64,000 nucleotides of DNA from positions 1-64,000 of the IMG/VR virus record IMGVR_UViG_3300045450_000145; one strand, written 5' to 3'. The stretch is from a virus. The notes below the pieces were generated by a model. It saw nothing but the letters and a program-made list of their open reading frames with translations, had not been told where the DNA came from and ran no database searches. This document shows, in pieces, positions 8,095 to 15,275 of the stretch. The first letter of the stretch is position 1; each line of letters opens with the position of its first letter. The translations under genes and the position numbers were made by a program.

Positions 8095-8200
8095 AAATTT
8101 TCTAAACCGGATCGCGACAAGAAGGTTATCAACTTTTACTTGAAAACCCCTTCTAACTGCACTATCATTTATGATAATTTGTTTAGAATTACATTTTTAA

Positions 8201-8276
8201 TCCCTAGTAGCTCAGTTGGTAGAGCGTTCCGCTGTTAACGGAAAGCGCGTTGGTTCGAACCCATCCTAGGGAGCCA
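8201..8276 (+). tRNA. tRNA-Asn(GTT)
   Basis: tccctag/ctaggga; ttccg-ctgttaa-cggaa; CCA. Confidence 0.93.
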
Positions 8277-8291
8277 GATAAAGGAAGTATA

Positions 8292-8459
8292 ATGTCTGAT
8301 AGCAGAAGCTCATATTACTACTCTGAAGAATCTCAGAAGATCAAAGATTCTCCGTGTATTACAGCCCCTGATAAGAAGCATGACTGGGAACAACATGGCA
8401 GTTGGCCATCTACCTGGTATAAATGCAGACATTGTAGCGATACACGATATAATAAGTAA
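8292..8459 (+). CDS. small Cys/His protein
   Basis: 55 aa, SD aagga, HDW..WYKCRHC motif. Confidence 0.55.
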   Translation: MSDSRSSYYYSEESQKIKDSPCITAPDKKHDWEQHGSWPSTWYKCRHCSDTRYNK

Positions 8460-8467
8460 AGAATTAT

Positions 8468-8544
8468 TCCCCAGTAGCTCAGTCGGTAGTAGCAGAGCAC
8501 TGTTAATGCTCGGGTCGGTGGTTCGAATCCATCCTGGGGAGCCA
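8468..8544 (+). tRNA. tRNA-Asn(GTT), second copy
   Basis: tccccag/ctgggga; gagca-ctgttaa-tgctc; CCA. Confidence 0.92.
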
Positions 8545-8549
8545 AATAT

Positions 8550-8999
8550 ATGACAATAAAATATGAGAAAATTTCATCAGCTTTAAAAGCATACTTTAGT
8601 GAAAACGATCACGTGTCTAAGGGAACTGGAGGTTGGCACCAATCACCAGAACATATTGCAAAGAGAATGAAATCTTTACAAGAAACTATAGACAAAAAAG
8701 GTCGTAAGACTGAAGCGCAAAAGAAAGCAGGTAATAAAGCAGGAGTTTATGCATACCGAGCAAGAAAACGGAATGCGATTCCTGAAGATGCTGACTTGAA
8801 ATTGATAAAAAGAATTTATGAGAATTGTCCTGAAGGCTATCACGTTGATCATCGTATTGCGTTAGCTTCAGGTGGAATGCATCACCAAGACAACTTACAA
8901 TATCTTCCAATATCGGAGAATTGTAGAAAAGGAAAGAATAGCTCATATGATGAGTCATTAGCTATTCAGTGGAAAGATTTAATGGGGTTGAAGCTTTAA
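8550..8999 (+). CDS. HNH homing endonuclease
   Basis: YHVDHRIAL..GGMHHQDNLQYL..SENCRK; stop lies inside tRNA-Lys. Confidence 0.85.
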   Translation: MTIKYEKISSALKAYFSENDHVSKGTGGWHQSPEHIAKRMKSLQETIDKKGRKTEAQKKAGNKAGVYAYRARKRNAIPEDADLKLIKRIYENCPEGYHVDHRIALASGGMHHQDNLQYLPISENCRKGKNSSYDESLAIQWKDLMGLKL

Positions 9000-9057
9000 A
9001 GTGAAGCAACTGGCTTTTAACCAGTAGAAGAGGGGCCGGTACCCTCCAGCCCTACCA
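8984..9057 (+). tRNA. tRNA-Lys(TTT)
   Basis: ggggttg/cagccct; actgg-cttttaa-ccagt; T-loop GCCGGTA; CCA. Confidence 0.85.
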
Positions 9058-9073
9058 ATATAAAGGAAATGAG

Positions 9074-9322
9074 ATGAGGATTATTGATACACAGGATATT
9101 AATAAGATTGCAGAAATCTTAGGCATTGAAAGTAAAATCCCACCTTCATTTACCATGTCATTTAAAGAAGTAAATGCTCTGAATGACATCATGCTAAGTA
9201 ATAACGCTGACGATAAAAACCTTAATGCAACAATTGAAGTTGTGCAAACTGGTATAAGCAATGCAATTAAAGTGCGTGTAGGCGGTATAGAATACGACAT
9301 CACTGATTACGATCGGTGGTAA
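9074..9322 (+). CDS. hypothetical protein
   Basis: 82 aa, SD aagga. Confidence 0.6.
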   Translation: MRIIDTQDINKIAEILGIESKIPPSFTMSFKEVNALNDIMLSNNADDKNLNATIEVVQTGISNAIKVRVGGIEYDITDYDRW

Positions 9323-9325
9323 AAT

Positions 9326-9401
9326 AAGGGTGTAGTAGTAATTGGCAACACAACGGCTTCCAACCCCGTAATTCTCAGTTCGAATCTGAGCATCCTTGCC
9401 A
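9326..9401 (+). tRNA. tRNA-Trp(CCA)
   Basis: aagggtg/catcctt, G73; acggc-ttccaac-cccgt; CCA. Confidence 0.75.
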
Positions 9402-9463
9402 AATTTGCTGAATTTCACAGTAGAAATTTAGAGGTCATAGTATAACGTGATGGCCATGAATTT

Positions 9464-9539
9464 ATCTCAGTAGCTCAATTGGCAGAGCGCCGGTCTCCAA
9501 AACCGTAGGTTGAGGGTTCGATTCCTTCCTGGGATGCCA
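9464..9539 (+). tRNA. tRNA-Trp(CCA), second copy
   Basis: atctcag/ctgggat; anticodon loop ctccaaa; CCA. Confidence 0.9.
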
Positions 9540-9618
9540 AAATTTTTGAAACCGCTAATGAAGGTTTATCTGCTATATAAACACCTTTATAACTTTTTGT
9601 TTCAATATATTAAATTAC

Positions 9619-9694
9619 GCCGCTTGAGCAAGTGTGGTCATTGCGGGAGACTGAAAATCTCTAGAACTCGGTTCGATTCCGGGAGGCGGCACCA
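9619..9694 (+). tRNA. tRNA-Phe(GAA)
   Basis: gccgctt/aggcggc; ggaga-ctgaaaa-tctct; CCA. Confidence 0.92.
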
Positions 9695-9707
9695 GATAGT
9701 ATAATTT

Positions 9708-9783
9708 GCCTCTGTAACTCAGTGAACAGAGTAGCGCGCTTCGAACGCGAAGGTCGGGGGTTTGAATCCCTCCAGAGGCTCCA
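9708..9783 (+). tRNA. tRNA-Arg(TCG)
   Basis: gcctctg/cagaggc; anticodon loop cttcgaa; T-loop TTTGAAT; CCA. Confidence 0.88.
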
Positions 9784-10203
9784 TTAAATTTGCTTAATTA
9801 GTAAGGTACTATGTTTATCGCTGGTTCTTTTATAACCACGTTTTTCATAGTATGATGCAGCAATCTTACTAGAAACTAAGGTTACATTTTTCTTCTTACG
9901 CTTTGCGAATCTTTCAACTGCAGTTAAGAGCTCAGCTCCTGCGCCAGGTAAGATTGAACCGAAGTGTGAGATATGAATAGCTTCATCTTCACTGAATGAT
10001 ATAGCCGCTGCGATTCTGTGATCTTCTATCTTTGCCCACTTATGAGGCACATTATCCAGCAGCGCAGCTTCTAATTCAGAATGATTCTCAACTTTTTCGT
10101 CGTGAAAATTCTCTTCCTCAAAGCGACGGGCCCAATACATGGCACTGGCTTCACCTTTAGGTAGCTTTTCAATTTCTTCTTTAAGTAATTCAGATATTTT
10201 CAT
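9784..10203 (-). CDS. GNAT-family acetyltransferase
   Basis: From MKISELLKEE; HISHFGS..GAGAELL..VTLVSS..AASYYEKRGY; TATAAATA just upstream. Confidence 0.7.
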   Translation of the reverse strand: MKISELLKEEIEKLPKGEASAMYWARRFEEENFHDEKVENHSELEAALLDNVPHKWAKIEDHRIAAAISFSEDEAIHISHFGSILPGAGAELLTAVERFAKRKKKNVTLVSSKIAASYYEKRGYKRTSDKHSTLLIKQI

Positions 10204-10215
10204 GCACATATTTAT

Positions 10216-10289
10216 ACCCGCGTAGCTCAATGGTAGAGCGCTGCTTTGACTCAGCAGATACGAAGGTCCGATTCCTTCCGCAGGTACCA
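10216..10289 (+). tRNA. tRNA-Val(GAC), atypical U37
   Basis: acccgcg/cgcaggt; ctgct-ttgactc-agcag; T-loop TCCGATT; A73-CCA. Confidence 0.7.
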
Positions 10290-10296
10290 CATTTAT

Positions 10297-10368
10297 TGGG
10301 GTGAGACTTGGTAGTCGCGAACGGCTTTGACCCGTTACGAAAAGAGTTCAATTCTCTTCACCCTTGCC
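10297..10368 (+). tRNA. tRNA-Gln(TTG)
   Basis: tggggtg/caccctt (U1.U72), G73; aacgg-ctttgac-ccgtt; CCA not encoded. Confidence 0.8.
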
Positions 10369-10375
10369 CGTATAT

Positions 10376-10450
10376 CGTCCGTTGGCAGAACGGTTATGCA
10401 CCTGGCTCTTACCCAGACCTACCTTGGTTCGACCCCAAGGCGGACGACCA
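10376..10450 (+). tRNA. tRNA-Lys(CTT)
   Basis: cgtccgt/gcggacg; ctgg-ctcttac-ccag; CCA. Confidence 0.8.
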
Positions 10451-10471
10451 CAATTTTAAAAGGAGTAATAT

Positions 10472-10645
10472 ATGAACGTCAGCAACATTAACTATACTCC
10501 CGGCTCTGAGCCTGCAACCCGCGCAGAGGTAGAATTGGAAATTACAAAGTCGCTTGATCGAATTAAGATTGAAGGTGAAAGCATTTCTGTCTTGGTAGAT
10601 GGCAAGTATAAGCGTTTAGATAACCTTCGGGCTAATAATGGTTAA
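10472..10645 (+). CDS. 57 aa hypothetical protein
   Basis: Strong SD aaggag; MNVSNINYTPG... Confidence 0.6.
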   Translation: MNVSNINYTPGSEPATRAEVELEITKSLDRIKIEGESISVLVDGKYKRLDNLRANNG

Positions 10646-11024
10646 GTCATATTTTCCAGACGATACTCCTGAAGAGTTAGAGGCTAGAGTCGTAGAGGTT
10701 ACCAGGGCTGCAGCAATCATAGCTGCAAAGTGTGGCTCCATCCCCACGATATTAGTTAATGGAGTTGTATATTGGTCTATGCCAGATGGCAACAACATTG
10801 AAACATATAATGGCGATAGAAACACAAGTTCGTATGAAGCATATACGAACAGACAAATACTAATAATGGCAATTCAAACTAGAATTAAGCTTGCTAAATT
10901 AGGTGATGAATATAAACACATTTTAGAAGAGGCATTATATTCGGAGTTGCTTGAGATAAATGCATCACTAAGAGAAAAATATCCGACTCAAAGTGATGTA
11001 CTTTTTGACAAAGGTGAGTTATAA
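10638..11024 (+). CDS. hypothetical protein
   Basis: 128 aa ORF. Confidence 0.6.
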   Translation: MVKSYFPDDTPEELEARVVEVTRAAAIIAAKCGSIPTILVNGVVYWSMPDGNNIETYNGDRNTSSYEAYTNRQILIMAIQTRIKLAKLGDEYKHILEEALYSELLEINASLREKYPTQSDVLFDKGEL

Positions 11025-11044
11025 TTCTTCTAACAGGAGAAGAT

Positions 11045-11380
11045 ATGGCAAAATCTGAAAAGGTAGTTATGAAAACTGTCGAGAAGCAGCTTGGCATTCA
11101 AGATATAAGCTTTACTCGGGAGCTCCTAATTAGGATGCTCGATGACGTCATCGTAGATGTGCCGGAAGAGTTTCGCTCTAGTGTCGTATTTGAAGTTGAA
11201 CGGCACATGGAAACTTATAGTGATGATTATCATGCTGACATGTTTATGCGTTATAAACGACCGGAAAATGAAGTTGAGCGTGCTGAACGTTTAAACAAGG
11301 AACAGCGTCTCAATGAGCTGCAGGAAAAGCGCCAACGTGAGCAGTATGAAGAGCTAAAGAAGAAATTCGAAGGAAAGTGA
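11045..11380 (+). CDS. hypothetical protein
   Basis: 111 aa, SD aggag. Confidence 0.7.
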   Translation: MAKSEKVVMKTVEKQLGIQDISFTRELLIRMLDDVIVDVPEEFRSSVVFEVERHMETYSDDYHADMFMRYKRPENEVERAERLNKEQRLNELQEKRQREQYEELKKKFEGK

Positions 11381-11381
11381 T

Positions 11382-11633
11382 ATGAGCGCGCTTCGTCAAG
11401 AAATTTATAATGCGATTCAACGAAATGCAGAATATAATGGCGGAATTAATAAGGGCCGTTATAATGGATGCAAAGAGTTTCTACGAGAAAAGCTTATCAT
11501 GTCAGGCATTTCAAATATGCCTAAACTGAAAAACTTTGATCCTTCAGATGAGCAGTGGCTTAATAAGCTAAGCGATGTCTTTCTGCTAGAATACTACGAA
11601 CGAGTCGTAGTTGCAACATATAAACAAATGTAA
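11382..11633 (+). CDS. hypothetical protein
   Basis: 83 aa ORF. Confidence 0.6.
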   Translation: MSALRQEIYNAIQRNAEYNGGINKGRYNGCKEFLREKLIMSGISNMPKLKNFDPSDEQWLNKLSDVFLLEYYERVVVATYKQM

Positions 11634-11645
11634 TAATATTTTTAT

Positions 11646-11719
11646 ACCTCTGTAATTCAATGGTAGAATGCCGTGCTGATAACGCGGTCACACAAGTTCG
11701 AATCTTGTCGGAGGTACCA
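11646..11719 (+). tRNA. tRNA-Ile(GAT), second copy
   Basis: acctctg/cggaggt; ccgtg-ctgataa-cgcgg; CCA. Confidence 0.92.
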
Positions 11720-11725
11720 GTCTAT

Positions 11726-11800
11726 GGAGAACTAGTGAAGTGGCTATCACGCGGCACTCATAAGGCCGAATAGACGGATCGTAACCGTCGTTCTCTACCA
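11726..11800 (+). tRNA. tRNA with CAT anticodon (elongator Met or Ile2)
   Basis: ggagaac/gttctct; anticodon loop ctcataa; T-loop ATCGTAA; CCA. Confidence 0.8.
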
Positions 11801-11808
11801 TAATAAAT

Positions 11809-11882
11809 TGGGGTGTAGCTTAAAAGTAGAGCACGGTGCTTTGACCACCGGGAAGAAGGGGCAGTACCTTCCACCCTTGCCA
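11809..11882 (+). tRNA. tRNA-Gln(TTG), second copy
   Basis: tggggtg/caccctt (U1.U72); cggtg-ctttgac-caccg; T-loop GGCAGTA; CCA. Confidence 0.85.
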
Positions 11883-11890
11883 TATAAATA
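11883..11890 (+). promoter_or_regulatory. T4-type late promoter TATAAATA
   Basis: Exact T4 late consensus 28 nt before ORF 11918. Confidence 0.65.
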
Positions 11891-11917
11891 TTACTCCATT
11901 AATATTGGGGTAATAAG

Positions 11918-12214
11918 ATGTTAGTCGAAGAGCTGTTGAATGAAAAAGAATGGTCTCAAGCCGTAACTGATGGTCCTGCCCGAACCTTTGCTAAGAAGGG
12001 CATCCACACTAAAAAGGCGGAAGAGATTGTTGCAGAATATAAACGTAAGGGCGTTAGCCCAAAAGGTTTAGGGTCTGCAATTAGAATGTTACAATTCTAC
12101 ATTAATCGTGCAGGTAAAAACCTGCACAACGGCCCAGAGATTAAAAAAGCTATCAAGATGTTGCAAGCAGACTTAGCTAAGGAACACGCCAAGGCTGAGA
12201 AAAAGAAGGATTAA
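11918..12214 (+). CDS. DUF3175-like protein
   Basis: WSQAVT...SAIRMLQFYINRAGKNL resembles the DUF3175 signature (from memory). Confidence 0.6.
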   Translation: MLVEELLNEKEWSQAVTDGPARTFAKKGIHTKKAEEIVAEYKRKGVSPKGLGSAIRMLQFYINRAGKNLHNGPEIKKAIKMLQADLAKEHAKAEKKKD

Positions 12215-12219
12215 ATATT

Positions 12220-12402
12220 ATGGACATGTTCCCCTCTTTCATTCTGGACGATGAGCGCGAAGCCGCCAAGAAAATTGTTGATAACAAAGGACCGTACCTT
12301 GATATTGGGATGCATTTTTCAAATCATAGTCCTGCAGATATCGGTGGACAGTATGAAGAACGTCAAGGCTTTCTAGCTAAGTTGAAAAACTTATTCAGAT
12401 AA
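12220..12402 (+). CDS. hypothetical protein
   Basis: 60 aa ORF. Confidence 0.5.
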   Translation: MDMFPSFILDDEREAAKKIVDNKGPYLDIGMHFSNHSPADIGGQYEERQGFLAKLKNLFR

Positions 12403-12416
12403 AATAATTTTGCGGT

Positions 12417-12770
12417 ATGAAATTACAAGAATTAAATTCACCAAAGTGGATAGTCATTTATTCAACTGGCAACAATCCTAGAGCTCCAGTTCTAAACGCG
12501 GTTGTAGTTAGTGCTGAAAGCAAAGATGCTGCCGCATTACATACAACTAAACATTTATCAAAGAATGTTATTGATGTGGTATCTTTTTTACCTGCAAAAA
12601 TGACAAAAGTTCGGGTAAAAATGAAAGATGCAGATGAGCAAGGTTTACCAGGTTACTTTGACGGAATGGTATTTTTAGCTAACAAGGAAGAAGCTGAAAT
12701 TATACCAGTTATTTTAGTACCTTATTATGAAAAAATTCACAACGTCAAGCTTGACGTTGCACGAGCTTAA
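12417..12770 (+). CDS. hypothetical protein
   Basis: 117 aa, starts MKLQEL. Confidence 0.6.
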   Translation: MKLQELNSPKWIVIYSTGNNPRAPVLNAVVVSAESKDAAALHTTKHLSKNVIDVVSFLPAKMTKVRVKMKDADEQGLPGYFDGMVFLANKEEAEIIPVILVPYYEKIHNVKLDVARA

Positions 12771-12845
12771 ATCACCGTAGTATAGTGGAAAATGCGATGG
12801 CTTGCGAAGCCGTAAACACAGGTTCGATTCCTGTCGGTGGTACCA
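12771..12845 (+). tRNA. tRNA-Arg(GCG)
   Basis: atcaccg/cggtggt; atggc-ttgcgaa-gccgt; CCA. Confidence 0.85.
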
Positions 12846-12851
12846 TTTTAT

Positions 12852-13118
12852 ATGACATACATCAAAAAAGCACTTGGCACATTTAATATTTACCTAACCA
12901 CACCTGACAAAGTCAACGAGGTGCTTAAAGACATGGGCGAGGAGATGAGAGATTATACAGATCGAGCAGCGAGAAAAGAATGTGCTTGGATATGTTCTTC
13001 TTGCGGTGGCTTAGATTCTAACGGCATGCCAGATGAATGCTTTGGTAAAGATGAATGGTGTAATAACGTAATTAAAATTGATAAGGCACGAGCTTTCTGT
13101 TTACAAGATGGTGACTAA
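12852..13118 (+). CDS. Cys-rich hypothetical protein
   Basis: From MTYIKK; CAWICSSCGG..C..C. Confidence 0.6.
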   Translation: MTYIKKALGTFNIYLTTPDKVNEVLKDMGEEMRDYTDRAARKECAWICSSCGGLDSNGMPDECFGKDEWCNNVIKIDKARAFCLQDGD

Positions 13119-13156
13119 GTAATATAATTACTCATACGCAATCTTTAAGGATTAAT

Positions 13157-13411
13157 ATGAGCCAACGTTCTAAGCTGCTTGACCAGATTACTCTTTGCTC
13201 TATTGTCGATCTGCAGAAACTTTTTCGGTCGGCTCTAGTCCAAATTAGTCGTGAATCGGCAAACTCTGGCTCTCATGAAGGTCTTCGTCGAGAAATCGAT
13301 CGCATTATGTGCGAAACTATTATGCTGGAAACTGATCAAGCTAATATTCGCGACAAAAAACTACAACAAGTAAACGAGATGAAATTCGATGACGAAGATG
13401 AGGACTCTTAA
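13157..13411 (+). CDS. hypothetical protein
   Basis: 84 aa, SD aagga. Confidence 0.65.
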   Translation: MSQRSKLLDQITLCSIVDLQKLFRSALVQISRESANSGSHEGLRREIDRIMCETIMLETDQANIRDKKLQQVNEMKFDDEDEDS

Positions 13412-13574
13412 GGACATGATCGATCAAATGGCAATTGATGAATGCCCTGACGAATTCATAGAAGGCCAGCAGGCATATGAGAAAGGCAAGTATACTAACC
13501 CGCATAATCCAGGGTCTATTAAGTATATTGCCTGGTTTGAAGGATATAGGATTGCGAAAGCAGAAGACGAATAA
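13389..13574 (+). CDS. hypothetical protein
   Basis: 61 aa; NPH..W..G motif; start uncertain. Confidence 0.55.
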   Translation: MTKMRTLKDMIDQMAIDECPDEFIEGQQAYEKGKYTNPHNPGSIKYIAWFEGYRIAKAEDE

Positions 13575-13581
13575 TTTTAAT

Positions 13582-13652
13582 GACTCGGTGGTATAGTGGT
13601 TGTGCCGTGGATTGCAAATCCACAGAGGGCGGTTCAATTCCGTCTCGAGTCT
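13582..13652 (+). tRNA. tRNA-Cys(GCA)
   Basis: gactcgg/tcgagtc, U73; gtgga-ttgcaaa-tccac; CCA not encoded. Confidence 0.9.
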
Positions 13653-13694
13653 CAGGTTACATATTTGCATAAATAATCCTTTTAAGGAAATAAT

Positions 13695-14324
13695 ATGCAA
13701 AGAAGAGCAGACCAAAGATCATATCATTACATATACAAAATAACTAGAAATGATGGTAAGTACTACATTGGAATGCATAGCACGGATGACTTAGAAGATG
13801 GTTATTTTGGTAGTGGGCAAAGATTGTCTAGATCCATTAAGAAGCACGGTAAAGACATCCATAGTAAAGAGATATTAGAATTCTTGCCATGTAGAGAAAC
13901 GTTAAAGGCAAGAGAAAAAGAACTGGTAAACTATGAATGTTTAGCAGATGCATTTTGTATGAATCTTCGAGTAGGTGGTGAAGGTGGTGGATCATTTACT
14001 TTTGAACAAAGATCAGCAGGCGGTAAGAAGGGTGGCAAAAAGATAGGTAAAATAAATGTAAAGTTTATTCAAACACCTGAAGCAAGGGAAAAAGCCAATA
14101 TAACTAAAAAGAAAAATGGTAATAATGGCTGGCTCGGTAAGACGCATAAAGAAGAAACTAAAATCAAAGTGGGTTTAGCTAATTCAGAGCACCAGAAGGG
14201 AAATAAAAATTCCCAGTTTGGAACTTGCTGGATTAATGACGGAACTAGAGCAATAAAGATTAAAAAGATAGAGCTTAATGAATATCTTGAAAAAGGTTTT
14301 AGCCTTGGAAGAAAAATGACATGA
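13695..14324 (+). CDS. GIY-YIG (Seg-like) homing endonuclease
   Basis: YIYKIT..KYYIGMH..YFGSG..E..N; NUMOD3-like GKTHKEETK. Confidence 0.88.
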   Translation: MQRRADQRSYHYIYKITRNDGKYYIGMHSTDDLEDGYFGSGQRLSRSIKKHGKDIHSKEILEFLPCRETLKAREKELVNYECLADAFCMNLRVGGEGGGSFTFEQRSAGGKKGGKKIGKINVKFIQTPEAREKANITKKKNGNNGWLGKTHKEETKIKVGLANSEHQKGNKNSQFGTCWINDGTRAIKIKKIELNEYLEKGFSLGRKMT

Positions 14325-14641
14325 ACTTACAAAATTCCCTAGTTCGCTACATTGAGAATCAGCTTAAAAATAATCATGGAGGTGATTGTTCTAAGGTGGG
14401 TGTCAGGCTTGCATTTCCAGCCATTGTGTTTTATAATGAAGAGCCCATAAATAAAGCGCTAATAGCTTTAGATAAAATATTGATGCTAGAATCCACGGGG
14501 ATTGATAAAATGGATGATGCGCATAAGTTGCTCCTTAACCTATTAATTGATGCTGCCAATATTGAACTAAAAGATATTCCTGCTAGTCTCAAGCGTTTTG
14601 AGGAATGGGAAGCAAAACAGAAACTTGAAGAACAAAAATAA
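14321..14641 (+). CDS. hypothetical protein
   Basis: 106 aa, ATGA overlap. Confidence 0.6.
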   Translation: MNLQNSLVRYIENQLKNNHGGDCSKVGVRLAFPAIVFYNEEPINKALIALDKILMLESTGIDKMDDAHKLLLNLLIDAANIELKDIPASLKRFEEWEAKQKLEEQK

Positions 14642-14659
14642 TAACAAATTGGAACTACA

Positions 14660-14842
14660 GTGAATAGCGATATTGTAAAGCATTATTTCAAACCTATCTC
14701 GTCGGAAAAACTAAAAGAGATGAGTAAAAACGATAGAGAAGAATGTGTTGGTCTTGATGAAGTCAATATTGATAAATCTATAGTTAATGAAATTGCGCCG
14801 ACCCACCGGCATACTGTTAGTTTGAAAAAACAGTGGGACTAA
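14660..14842 (+). CDS. hypothetical protein
   Basis: 60 aa, GTG start. Confidence 0.45.
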   Translation: MNSDIVKHYFKPISSEKLKEMSKNDREECVGLDEVNIDKSIVNEIAPTHRHTVSLKKQWD

Positions 14843-14846
14843 TTAT

Positions 14847-14923
14847 TGCGTCGTAGCTTAAATGGAAGAGTGGCCTGATTCTGAGTCAGGAGGGCCCGGG
14901 TCCGATTCCCGGAGGCGTTGCCA
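14847..14923 (+). tRNA. tRNA-Gln(CTG), weak acceptor stem
   Basis: cctga-ttctgag-tcagg; T-arm ccggg-tccgatt-cccgg; U1.U72, G73-CCA. Confidence 0.7.
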
Positions 14924-14971
14924 ATACTATTTTGCTTAAATAGAGCATATTTCATAGATGTGGGGTTGCAG

Positions 14972-15265
14972 ATGTTAAGTAGAAAGCTTATAATTATTTT
15001 AGCAGCTGTAGTTGTCATTTTGACTGCTATTGCTGCTTTTTTCGTTGGTGGAAGATATTTTGATTTAACACCATATAATGAAGCAACTAAAACTGCAATT
15101 GAGGATGCAGACAGCGCATCAAAAGCGGCAGATAAGGCAGCCGTTTCTGCTCGTCGAGCTGCAGATTCTACGCGGGCTACAGCATCACAAGCAGAATCTT
15201 CTGCAAAGGACGCCTCAAATAGCGCTAAAGATGCACAAGAGAGTGCAAACCGTAAACCACGCTAA
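14972..15265 (+). CDS. membrane-anchored Ala/Ser-rich coiled-coil protein
   Basis: TM LIIILAAVVVILTAIAAFFVG then A..SA..A heptads. Confidence 0.65.
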   Translation: MLSRKLIIILAAVVVILTAIAAFFVGGRYFDLTPYNEATKTAIEDADSASKAADKAAVSARRAADSTRATASQAESSAKDASNSAKDAQESANRKPR

Positions 15266-15275
15266 TTAAATTTAT

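Noticed and set aside
9326-9401. Reading this tRNA as Gly(TCC)
   Set aside because: Arm register, A1-U72 and G73 fit Trp(CCA)
9784-10290. 168 aa version of the GNAT ORF and ORFs at 8333, 18468 and 18602
   Set aside because: The extensions are translations of tRNA genes; real starts are downstream or the ORFs are spurious
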